Assembly (NCBI GenBank): GCA_964057225.1
Contig: OZ059894.1
Location: forward strand, 4,402,001 to 4,466,000
Origin: Auanema rhodensis
Lineage: Eukaryota > Animalia > Nematoda
Length of the DNA stretch: 64,000 nucleotides
Direction of reading: 5' to 3'
This document shows positions 24,221 to 37,300 of this stretch, in pieces; position 1 is the stretch's first letter, and each line of letters opens with the position of its first letter. The notes below the pieces were generated by a model. That model was not told where the DNA came from and did no database searches. It was given only the letters and a program-made list of their open reading frames with translations. Position numbers and translations under genes: made by a program.

Positions 24221-27200
24221 ATGCGGATTTTTAAGCTGCGTCGATCTGTGTTATCAGATGTGCGCTAGCTTAAAAATGCACCGAGATATCAACTGATATA
24301 AGTTCACACTTATATCCTCGATTTTCACCCTGAAGAATTAATTTTTTCGTTGAATAACATTGTCCATCGTCTTTGCCTTGAAAAAAGGAATCTAAAAACA
24401 TCTACTTTTTGCTAAATTATTTTGAAATTTTTCGAAAAAATTTTTGTCAAAATGTTTTTGGAAGCAGTGTTGAGTGTACATGGAAACTCAACATACACTA
24501 ATGCATCATTTTTCAAACGATCATAACTAATTTTTGTATCAAGCGTTTCTCAATGTAGTTTAGTGCATTCGATGCGGATTTTTAAGCTGCGTCGATCTGT
24601 GTTATCAGATGTGCGCTAGCTTAAAAATGCACCGAGATATCAACTGATATAAGTTCACACTTATATCCTCGATTTTCACCCTGAAGGAATACTTTTTTCG
24701 TTGAATAACATTGTCCATCGTCTTTGCCATGAAAAAAGGAATCTAAAAACATCTACTTTTCGCTAAATTATTTTGAAATTTTTCGAAAAAATTTTTGTCA
24801 AAATGTTTTTGGAAGCAATGTTGAGTGTACATGGAAACTCAACATACACTAATGCATCATTTTTCAAACGATCATAACTAATTTTTGTATCAAGCGTTTC
24901 TCAATGTAGTTTAGTGCATTCGATGCGGATTTTTAAGCTGCGTCGATCTGTGTTATCAGATTTGCGCTAGCTTAAAAATGCACCGAGATATCAACTGATA
25001 TAAGTTCACACTTATATCCTCGATTTTCACCCTGAAGGAATAATTTTTTCGTTGAATAACATTGTCCATCGTCTTTGCCTTGAAAAATGGAATCTAAAAA
25101 CATCTACTTTTTGCTAAATTATTTTGAAATTTTTCGAAAAAATTTTTGTCAAAATGTTTTTGGAAGCAATGTTGAGTGTACATGGAAACTCAACATACAC
25201 TAATGCATCATTTTTCAAACGATCATAACTAATTTTTGTATCAAGCGTTTCTCAATGTAGTTTAGTGCATTCGATGCGGATTTTTAAGCTGCGTCGATCT
25301 GTGTTATCAGATTTGCGCTAGCTTAAAAATGCACCGAGATATCAACTGATATAAGTTCACACTTATATCCTCGATTTTCACCCTGAAGGAATAATTTTTT
25401 CGTTGAATAACATTGTCCATCGTCTTTGCCTTGAAAAATGGAATCTAAAAACATCTACTTTTTGCTAAATTATTTTGAAATTTTTCGAAAAAATTTTTGT
25501 CAAAATGTTTTTGGAAGCAATGTTGAGTGTACATGGAAACTCAACATACACTAATGCATCATTTTTCAAACGATCATAACTAATTTTTGTATTGAGCGTT
25601 TCTCAATGTAGTATAGTGCATTCGATGCGGATTTTTAAGCTGCGTCGATCTGTGTTATCAGATGTGCGCTAGCTTAAAAATGCACCGAGATATCAACTGA
25701 TATAAGTTCACACTTATATCCTCGATTTTCACCCTGAAGAATTAATTTTTTCGTTGAATAACATTGTCCATCGTCTTTGCCTTGAAAAAAGGAATCTAAA
25801 AACATCTACTTTTTGCTAAATTATTTTGAAATTTTTCGAAAAAATTTTTGTCAAAATGTTTTTGGAAGCAGTGTTGAGTGTACATGGAAACTCAACATAC
25901 ACTAATGCATCATTTTTCAAACGATCATAACTAATTTTTGTATCAAGCGTTTCTCAATGTAGTATAGTGCATTCGATGCGGATTTTTAAGCTGCGTCGAT
26001 CTGTGTTATCAGATTTGCGCTAGCTTAAAAATGCACCAAGATATCAACTGATATAAGTTCACACTTATATCCTCGATTTTCACCCTGAAGAATTAATTTT
26101 TTCGTTGAATAACATTGTCCATCGTCTTTGCCTTGAAAAAAGGAATCTAAAAACATCTACTTTTTGCTAAATTATTTTGAAATTTTTCGAAAAAATTTTT
26201 GTCAAAATGTTTTTGGAAGCAATGTTGAGTGTACATGGAAACTCAACATACACTAATGCATCATTTTTCAAACGATCATAACTAATTTTTGTATTGAGCG
26301 TTTCTCAATGTAGTATAGTGCATTCGATCCGGATTTTTAAGCTGCGTCGATCTGTGTTATCAGATTTGCGCTAGCTTAAAAATGCACCGAGATATCAACT
26401 GATATAAGTTCACACTTATATCCTCGATTTTCACCCTGAAGGAATAATTTTTTCGTTGAATAACATTGTCCATCGTCTTTGCCTTGAAAAATGGAATCTA
26501 AAAACATCTACTTTTTGCTAAATTATTTTGAAATTTTTCGAAAAAATTTTTGTCAAAATGTTTTTGGAAGCAATGTTGAGTGTACATGGAAACTCAACAT
26601 ACACTAATGCATCATTTTTCAAACGATCATAACTAATTTTTGTATTGAGCGTTTCTCAATGTAGTATAGTGCATTCGATGCGGATTTTTAAGCTGCGTCG
26701 ATCTGTGTTATCAGATGTGCGCTAGCTTAAAAATGCACCGAGATATCAACTGATATAAGTTCACACTTATATCCTCGATTTTCACCCTGAAGAATTAATT
26801 TTTTCGTTGAATAACATTGTCCATCGTCTTTGCCTTGAAAAAAGGAATCTAAAAACATCTACTTTTTGCTAAATTATTTTGAAATTTTTCGAAAAAATTT
26901 TTGTCAAAATGTTTTTGGAAGCAGTGTTGAGTGTACATGGAAACTCAACATACACTAATGCATCATTTTTCAAACGATCATAACTAATTTTTGTATCAAG
27001 CGTTTCTCAATGTAGTTTAGTGCATTCGATGCGGATTTTTAAGCTGCGTCGATCTGTGTTATCAGATGTGCGCTAGCTTAAAAATGCACCGAGATATCAA
27101 CTGATATAAGTTCACACTTATATCCTCGATTTTCACCCTGAAGGAATACTTTTTTCGTTGAATAACATTGTCCATCGTCTTTGCCATGAAAAAAGGAATC

Positions 27201-29134
27201 TAAAAACATCTACTTTTCGCTAAATTATTTTGAAATTTTTCGAAAAAATTTTTGTCAAAATGTTTTTGGAAGCAATGTTGAGTGTACATGGAAACTCAAC
27301 ATACACTAATGCATCATTTTTCAAACGATCATAACTAATTTTTGTATCAAGCGTTTCTCAATGTAGTTTAGTGCATTCGATGCGGATTTTTAAGCTGCGT
27401 CGATCTGTGTTATCAGATTTGCGCTAGCTTAAAAATGCACCGAGATATCAACTGATATAAGTTCACACTTATATCCTCGATTTTCACCCTGAAGGAATAA
27501 TTTTTTCGTTGAATAACATTGTCCATCGTCTTTGCCTTGAAAAATGGAATCTAAAAACATCTACTTTTTGCTAAATTATTTTGAAATTTTTCGAAAAAAT
27601 TTTTGTCAAAATGTTTTTGGAAGCAATGTTGAGTGTACATGGAAACTCAACATACACTAATGCATCATTTTTCAAACGATCATAACTAATTTTTGTATCA
27701 AGCGTTTCTCAATGTAGTTTAGTGCATTCGATGCGGATTTTTAAGCTGCGTCGATCTGTGTTATCAGATTTGCGCTAGCTTAAAAATGCACCGAGATATC
27801 AACTGATATAAGTTCACACTTATATCCTCGATTTTCACCCTGAAGGAATAATTTTTTCGTTGAATAACATTGTCCATCGTCTTTGCCTTGAAAAATGGAA
27901 TCTAAAAACATCTACTTTTTGCTAAATTATTTTGAAATTTTTCGAAAAAATTTTTGTCAAAATGTTTTTGGAAGCAATGTTGAGTGTACATGGAAACTCA
28001 ACATACACTAATGCATCATTTTTCAAACGATCATAACTAATTTTTGTATTGAGCGTTTCTCAATGTAGTATAGTGCATTCGATGCGGATTTTTAAGCTGC
28101 GTCGATCTGTGTTATCAGATGTGCGCTAGCTTAAAAATGCACCGAGATATCAACTGATATAAGTTCACACTTATATCCTCGATTTTCACCCTGAAGAATT
28201 AATTTTTTCGTTGAATAACATTGTCCATCGTCTTTGCCTTGAAAAAAGGAATCTAAAAACATCTACTTTTTGCTAAATTATTTTGAAATTTTTCGAAAAA
28301 ATTTTTGTCAAAATGTTTTTGGAAGCAGTGTTGAGTGTACATGGAAACTCAACATACACTAATGCATCATTTTTCAAACGATCATAACTAATTTTTGTAT
28401 CAAGCGTTTCTCAATGTAGTATAGTGCATTCGATGCGGATTTTTAAGCTGCGTCGATCTGTGTTATCAGATTTGCGCTAGCTTAAAAATGCACCAAGATA
28501 ACAACTGATATAAGTTCACACTTATATCCTCGATTTTCACCCTGAAGAATTAATTTTTTCGTTGAATAACATTGTCCATCGTCTTTGCCTTGAAAAAAGG
28601 AATCTAAAAACATCTACTTTTTGCTAAATTATTTTGAAATTTTTCGAAAAAATTTTTGTCAAAATGTTTTTGGAAGCAATGTTGAGTGTACATGGAAACT
28701 CAACATACACTAATGCATCATTTTTCAAACGATCATAACTAATTTTTGTATTGAGCGTTTCTCAATGTAGTATAGTGCATTCGATCCGGATTTTTAAGCT
28801 GCGTCGATCTGTGTTATCAGATTTGCGCTAGCTTAAAAATGCACCGAGATATCAACTGATATAAGTTCACACTTATATCCTCGATTTTCACCCTGAAGGA
28901 ATAATTTTTTCGTTGAATAACATTGTCCATCGTCTTTGCCTTGAAAAATGGAATCTAAAAACATCTACTTTTTGCTAAATTATTTTGAAATTTTTCGAAA
29001 AAATTTTTGTCAAAATGTTTTTGGAAGCAATGTTGAGTGTACATGGAAACTCAACATACACTAATGCATCATTTTTCAAACGATCATAACTAATTTTTGT
29101 ATCAAGCGTTTCTCAATGTAGTTTAGTGCATTCG
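24221..29134. repeat. Tandem 7-monomer duplication (M70-76 / M77-83), period 2457 bp
   Basis: The markers gcagtg, gaatac, gcagtg, caccaag and atccgg appear in the same order in both copies. Confidence 0.8.
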
Positions 29135-29485
29135 ATGCGGATTTTTAAGCTGCGTCGATCTGTGTTATCAGATTTGCGCTAGCTTAAAAATGCACCGAGA
29201 TATCAACTGATATAAGTTCACACTTATATCCTCGATTTTCACCCTGAAGAATTAATTTTTTCGTTGAATAACATTGTCCATCGTCTTTGCCATGAAAAAA
29301 GGAATCTAAAAACTTCTACTTTTCGCTAAATTATTTTGAAATTTTTCGAAAAAATTTTTGTCAAAATGTTTTTGGAAGCAATGTTGAGTGTACATGGAAA
29401 CTCAACATACACTAATGCATCATTTTTCAAACGATCATAACTAATTTTTGTATTGAGCGTTTCTCAATGTAGTATAGTGCATTCG

Positions 29486-29804
29486 ATCCGGATTTTTAAG
29501 CTGCGTCGATCTGTGTTATCAGATTATTATATAAGTTCACACTTATATCCTCGATTTTCACCCTGAAGGAATAATTTTTTCGTTGAATAACATTGTCCAT
29601 CGTCTTTGCCTTGAAAAATGGAATCTAAAAACATCTACTTTTTGCTAAATTATTTTGAAATTTTTCGAAAAAATTTTTGTCAAAATGTTTTTGGAAGCAA
29701 TGTTGAGTGTACATGGAAACTCAACATACACTAATGCATCATTTTTCAAACGATCATAACTAATTTTTGTATCAAGCGTTTCTCAATGTAGTTTAGTGCA
29801 TTCG
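29486..29804. repeat. Truncated monomer M85 (319 bp): 35 bp replaced by 'att'
   Basis: Reads cagatt-att-atataagttcac at 29520-29540. The phase shifts by -32, so the next monomer starts at 29805. Confidence 0.95.
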
Positions 29805-31209
29805 ATGCGGATTTTTAAGCTGCGTCGATCTGTGTTATCAGATTTGCGCTAGCTTAAAAATGCACCAAGATAACAACTGATATAAGTTCACACTTATATC
29901 CTCGATTTTCACCCTGAAGAATTAATTTTTTCGTTGAATAACATTGTCCATCGTCTTTGCCTTGAAAAAAGGAATCTAAAAACATCTACTTTTTGCTAAA
30001 TTATTTTGAAATTTTTCGAAAAAATTTTTGTCAAAATGTTTTTGGAAGCAATGTTGAGTGTACATGGAAACTCAACATACACTAATGCATCATTTTTCAA
30101 ACGATCATAACTAATTTTTGTATTGAGCGCTTCTCAATGTAGTATAGTGCATTCGATCCGGATTTTTAAGCTGCGTCGATCTGTGTTATCAGATTTGCGC
30201 TAGCTTAAAAATGCACCGAGATATCAACTGATATAAGTTCACACTTATATCCTCGATTTTCACCCTGAAGGAATAATTTTTTCGTTGAATAACATTGTCC
30301 ATCGTCTTTGCCTTGAAAAATGGAATCTAAAAACATCTACTTTTTGCTAAATTATTTTGAAATTTTTCGAAAAAATTTTTGTCAAAATGTTTTTGGAAGC
30401 AATGTTGAGTGTACATGGAAACTCAACATACACTAATGCATCATTTTTCAAACGATCATAACTAATTTTTGTATCAAGCGTTTCTCAATGTAGTTTAGTG
30501 CATTCGATGCGGATTTTTAAGCTGCGTCGATCTGTGTTATCAGATTTGCGCTAGCTTAAAAATGCACCGAGATATCAACTGATATAAGTTCACACTTATA
30601 TCCTCGATTTTCACCCTGAAGAATTAATTTTTTCGTTGAATAACATTGTCCATCGTCTTTGCCATAAAAAAAGGAATCTAAAAACATCTACTTTTTGCTA
30701 AATTATTTTGAAATTTTTCGAAAAAATTTTTGTCAAAATGTTTTTGGAAGCATTGTTGAGTGTACATGGAAACTCAACATACACTAATGCATCATTTTTC
30801 AAACGATCATAACTAATTTTTGTATTAAGCGTTTCTCAATGTAGTATAGTGCATTCGATGCGGATTTTTAAGCTGCGTCGATCTGTGTTATGAGATTTGC
30901 GCTAGCTTAAAAATGCACCGAGATATCAACTGATATAAGTTCACACTTATATCCTCGATTTTCACCCTGAAGGAATAATTTTTTTTGTTGAATAACATTG
31001 TCCATCGTCTTTGCCTTGAAAAATGGAATCTAAAAACATCTACTTTTTGCTAAATTATTTTGAAATTTTTCGAAAAAATTTTTGTCAAAATGTTTTTGGA
31101 AGCAATGTTGAGTGTACATGGAAACTCAACATACACTAATGCATCATTTTTCAAACGATCATAACTAATTTTTGTATCAAGCGTTTCTCAATGTAGTTTA
31201 GTGCATTCG

Positions 31210-34200
31210 ATGCGGATTTTTAAGCTGCGTCGATCTGTGTTATCAGATTTGCGCTAGCTTAAAAATGCACCGAGATATCAACTGATATAAGTTCACACTT
31301 ATATCCTCGATTTTCACCCTGAAGAATTAATTTTTTCGTTGAATAACATTGTCCATCGTCTTTGCCTTGAAAAAAGGAATCTAAAAACATCTACTTTTTG
31401 CTAAATTATTTTGAAATTTTTTGAAAAAATTTTTGTCAAAATGTTTTTGGAAGCAATGTTGAGTGTACATGGAAACTCAACATACACTAATGCATCATTT
31501 TTCAAACGATCATAACTAATTTTTGTATCAAGCGTTTCTCAATGTAGTTTAGTGTATTCGATGCGGATTTTTAAGCTGCGTCGATCTGTGTTATCAGATT
31601 TGCGCTAGCTTAAAAATGCACCGAGATATCAACTGATATAAGTTCACACTTATATCCTCGATTTTCACCCTGAAGAATTAATTTTTTCGTTGAATAACAT
31701 TGTCCATCGTCTTTGCCTTGAAAAAAGGAATCTAAAAACATCTACTTTTTGCTAAATTATTTTGAAATTTTTTGAAAAAATTTTTGTCAAAATGTTTTTG
31801 GAAGCAATGTTGAGTGTACATGGAAACTCAACATACACTAATGCATCATTTTTCAAACGATCATAACTAATTTTTGTATTGAGCGTTTCTCAATGTAGTA
31901 TAGTGCATTCGATGCGGATTTTTAAGCTGCGTCGATCTGTGTTATCAGATGTGCGCTAGCTTAAAAATGCACCGAGATATCAACTGATATAAGTTCACAC
32001 TTATATCCTCGATTTTCACCCTGAAGGAATAATTTTTTCGTTGAATAACATTGTCCATCGTCTTTGCCATGAAAAAAGGAATCTAAAAACATCTACTTTT
32101 CGCTAAATTATTTTGAAATTTTTCGAAAAAATTTTTGTCAAAATGTTTTTGGAAGCAATGTTGAGTGTACATGGAAACTCAACATACACTAATGCATCAT
32201 TTTTCAAACGATCATAACTAATTTTTGTATCAAGCGTTTCTCAATGTAGTTTAGTGCATTCGATGCGGATTTTTAAGCTGCGTCGATCTGTGTTATCAGA
32301 TTTGCGCTAGCTTAAAAATGCACCGAGATATCAACTGATATAAGTTCACACTTATATCCTCGATTTTCACCCTGAAGAATTAATTTTTTCGTTGAATAAC
32401 ATTGTCCATCGTCTTTGCCTTGAAAAAAGGAATCTAAAAACATCTACTTTTTGCTAAATTATTTTGAAATTTTTTGAAAAAATTTTTGTCAAAATGTTTT
32501 TGGAAGCAATGTTGAGTGTACATGGAAACTCAACATACACTAATGCATCATTTTTCAAACGATCATAACTAATTTTTGTATCAAGCGTTTCTCAATGTAG
32601 TTTAGTGTATTCGATGCGGATTTTTAAGCTGCGTCGATCTGTGTTATCAGATTTGCGCTAGCTTAAAAATGCACCGAGATATCAACTGATATAAGTTCAC
32701 ACTTATATCCTCGATTTTCACCCTGAAGAATTAATTTTTTCGTTGAATAACATTGTCCATCGTCTTTGCCTTGAAAAAAGGAATCTAAAAACATCTACTT
32801 TTTGCTAAATTATTTTGAAATTTTTTGAAAAAATTTTTGTCAAAATGTTTTTGGAAGCAATGTTGAGTGTACATGGAAACTCAACATACACTAATGCATC
32901 ATTTTTCAAACGATCATAACTAATTTTTGTATTGAGCGTTTCTCAATGTAGTATAGTGCATTCGATGCGGATTTTTAAGCTGCGTCGATCTGTGTTATCA
33001 GATGTGCGCTAGCTTAAAAATGCACCGAGATATCAACTGATATAAGTTCACACTTATATCCTCGATTTTCACCCTGAAGGAATAATTTTTTCGTTGAATA
33101 ACATTGTCCATCGTCTTTGCCATGAAAAAAGGAATCTAAAAACATCTACTTTTCGCTAAATTATTTTGAAATTTTTCGAAAAAATTTTTGTCAAAATGTT
33201 TTTGGAAGCAATGTTGAGTGTACATGGAAACTCAACATACACTAATGCATCATTTTTCAAACGATCATAACTAATTTTTGTATCAAGCGTTTCTCAATGT
33301 AGTTTAGTGCATTCGATGCGGATTTTTAAGCTGCGTCGATCTGTGTTATCAGATTTGCGCTAGCTTAAAAATGCACCGAGATATCAACTGATATAAGTTC
33401 ACACTTATATCCTCGATTTTCACCCTGAAGAATTAATTTTTTCGTTGAATAACATTGTCCATCGTCTTTGCCTTGAAAAAAGGAATCTAAAAACATCTAC
33501 TTTTTGCTAAATTATTTTGAAATTTTTTGAAAAAATTTTTGTCAAAATGTTTTTGGAAGCAATGTTGAGTGTACATGGAAACTCAACATACACTAATGCA
33601 TCATTTTTCAAACGATCATAACTAATTTTTGTATCAAGCGTTTCTCAATGTAGTTTAGTGTATTCGATGCGGATTTTTAAGCTGCGTCGATCTGTGTTAT
33701 CAGATTTGCGCTAGCTTAAAAATGCACCGAGATATCAACTGATATAAGTTCACACTTATATCCTCGATTTTCACCCTGAAGAATTAATTTTTTCGTTGAA
33801 TAACATTGTCCATCGTCTTTGCCTTGAAAAAAGGAATCTAAAAACATCTACTTTTTGCTAAATTATTTTGAAATTTTTTGAAAAAATTTTTGTCAAAATG
33901 TTTTTGGAAGCAATGTTGAGTGTACATGGAAACTCAACATACACTAATGCATCATTTTTCAAACGATCATAACTAATTTTTGTATTGAGCGTTTCTCAAT
34001 GTAGTATAGTGCATTCGATGCGGATTTTTAAGCTGCGTCGATCTGTGTTATCAGATGTGCGCTAGCTTAAAAATGCACCGAGATATCAACTGATATAAGT
34101 TCACACTTATATCCTCGATTTTCACCCTGAAGGAATAATTTTTTCGTTGAATAACATTGTCCATCGTCTTTGCCATGAAAAAAGGAATCTAAAAACATCT

Positions 34201-34368
34201 ACTTTTCGCTAAATTATTTTGAAATTTTTCGAAAAAATTTTTGTCAAAATGTTTTTGGAAGCAATGTTGAGTGTACATGGAAACTCAACATACACTAATG
34301 CATCATTTTTCAAACGATCATAACTAATTTTTGTATCAAGCGTTTCTCAATGTAGTTTAGTGCATTCG
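31210..34368. repeat. Trimer higher-order repeat x3 (1053-bp period)
   Basis: Three monomer types cycle three times over M90-M98: aatta/ttttga/tgtatt, then aatta/ttttga/ttgag, then G40/ccatg/ttcgc. Confidence 0.85.
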
Positions 34369-37300
34369 ATGCGGATTTTTAAGCTGCGTCGATCTGTGTT
34401 ATCAGATTTGCGCTAGCTTAAAAATGCACCGAGATATCAACTGATATAAGTTCACACTTATATCCTCGATTTTCACCCTGAAGGAATGATTTTTTCGTTG
34501 AATAACATTGTCCATCGTCTTTGCCTTGAAAAATGGAATCTAAAAACATCTACTTTTTGCTAAATTATTTTGAAATTTTTCGAAAAAATTTTTGTCAAAA
34601 TGTTTTTGGAAGCAATGTTGAGTGTACATGGAAACTCAACATACACTAATGCATCATTTTTCAAACGATCATAACTAATTTTTGTATCAAGCGTTTCTCA
34701 ATGTAGTTTAGTGCATTCGATGCGGATTTTTAAGCTGCGTCGATCTGTGTTATCAGATTTGCGCTAGCTTAAAAATGCACCGAGATATCAACTGATATAA
34801 GTTCACACTTATATCCTCGATTTTCACCCTGAAGAATTAATTTTTTCGTTGAATAACATTGTCCATCGTCTTTGCCTTGAAAAAAGGAATCTAAAAACAT
34901 CTACTTTTTGCTAAATTATTTTGAAATTTTTTGAAAAAATTTTTGTCAAAATGTTTTTGGAAGCAATGTTGAGTGTACATGGAAACTCAACATACACTAA
35001 TGCATCATTTTTCAAACGATCATAACTAATTTTTGTATCAAGCGTTTCTCAATGTAGTTTAGTGTATTCGATGCGGATTTTTAAGCTGCGTCGATCTGTG
35101 TTATCAGATTTGCGCTAGCTTAAAAATGCACCGAGATATCAACTGATATAAGTTCACACTTATATCCTCGATTTTCACCCTGAAGAATTAATTTTTTCGT
35201 TGAATAACATTGTCCATCGTCTTTGCCTTGAAAAAAGGAATCTAAAAACATCTACTTTTTGCTAAATTATTTTGAAATTTTTTGAAAAAATTTTTGTCAA
35301 AATGTTTTTGGAAGCAATGTTGAGTGTACATGGAAACTCAACATACACTAATGCATCATTTTTCAAACGATCATAACTAATTTTTGTATTGAGCGTTTCT
35401 CAATGTAGTATAGTGCATTCGATGCGGATTTTTAAGCTGCGTCGATCTGTGTTATCAGATGTGCGCTAGCTTAAAAATGCACCGAGATATCAACTGATAT
35501 AAGTTCACACTTATATCCTCGATTTTCACCCTGAAGGAATAATTTTTTCGTTGAATAACATTGTCCATCGTCTTTGCCATGAAAAAAGGAATCTAAAAAC
35601 ATCTACTTTTCGCTAAATTATTTTGAAATTTTTCGAAAAAATTTTTGTCAAAATGTTTTTGGAAGCAATGTTGAGTGTACATGGAAACTCAACATACACT
35701 AATGCATCATTTTTCAAACGATCATAACTAATTTTTGTATCAAGCGTTTCTCAATGTAGTTTAGTGCATTCGATGCGGATTTTTAAGCTGCGTCGATCTG
35801 TGTTATCAGATTTGCGCTAGCTTAAAAATGCACCGAGATATCAACTGATATAAGTTCACACTTATATCCTCGATTTTCACCCTGAAGGAATGATTTTTTC
35901 GTTGAATAACATTGTCCATCGTCTTTGCCTTGAAAAATGGAATCTAAAAACATCTACTTTTTGCTAAATTATTTTGAAATTTTTCGAAAAAATTTTTGTC
36001 AAAATGTTTTTGGAAGCAATGTTGAGTGTACATGGAAACTCAACATACACTAATGCATCATTTTTCAAACGATCATAACTAATTTTTGTATCAAGCGTTT
36101 CTCAATGTAGTTTAGTGCATTCGATGCGGATTTTTAAGCTGCGTCGATCTGTGTTATCAGATTTGCGCTAGCTTAAAAATGCACCGAGATATCAACTGAT
36201 ATAAGTTCACACTTATATCCTCGATTTTCACCCTGAAGGAATGATTTTTTCGTTGAATAACATTGTCCATCGTCTTTGCCATGAAAAAAGGAATCTAAAA
36301 ACATCTACTTTTTGCTAAATTATTTTGAAATTTTTCGAAAAAATTTTTGTCAAAATGTTTTTGGAAGCAATGTTGAGTGTACATGGAAACTCAACATACA
36401 CTAATGCATCATTTTTCAAACGATCATAACTAATTTTTGTATCAAGCGTTTCTCAATGTAGTTTAGTGCATTCGATGCGGATTTTTAAGCTGCGTCGATC
36501 TGTGTTATCAGATTTGCGCTAACTTAAAAATGCACCGAGATATCAACTGATATAAGTTCACACTTATATCCTCGATTTTCACCCTGAAGGAATAATTTTT
36601 TCGTTGAATAACATTGTCCATTGTCTTTGCCTTGAAAAATGGAATCTAAAAACATCTACTTTTTGCTAAATTATTTTAAAATTTTTCGAAAAAATTTTTG
36701 TCAAAATGTTTTTGGAAGCAATGTTGAGTGTACATGGAAACTCAACATACACTAATGCATCATTTTTCAAACGATCATAACTAATTTTTGTATCAAGCGT
36801 TTCTCAATGTAGTTTAGTGCATTCGATGCGGATTTTTAAGCTGCGTCGATCTGTGTTATCAGATGTGCGCTAGCTTAAAAATGCACCGAGATATCAACTG
36901 ATATAAGTTCACACTTATATCCTCGATTTTCACCCTGAAGGAATGATTTTTTCGTTGAATAACATTGTCCATCGTCTTTGCCATGAAAAAAGAAATCTAA
37001 AAACATCTACTTTTTGCTAAATTATTTTGAAATTTTTCGAAAAAATTTTTGTCAAAATGTTTTTGGAAGCATTGTTGAGTGTACATGGAAACTCAACATA
37101 CACTAATGCATCATTTTTCAAACGATCATAACTAATTTTTGTATCAAGCGTTTCTCAATGTAGTTTAGTGCATTCGATGCGGATTTTTAAGCTGCGTCGA
37201 TCTGTGTTATCAGATTTGCGCTAGCTTAAAAATGCACCGAGATATCAACTGATATAAGTTCACACTTATATCCTCGATTTTCACCCTTAAGGAATGATTT

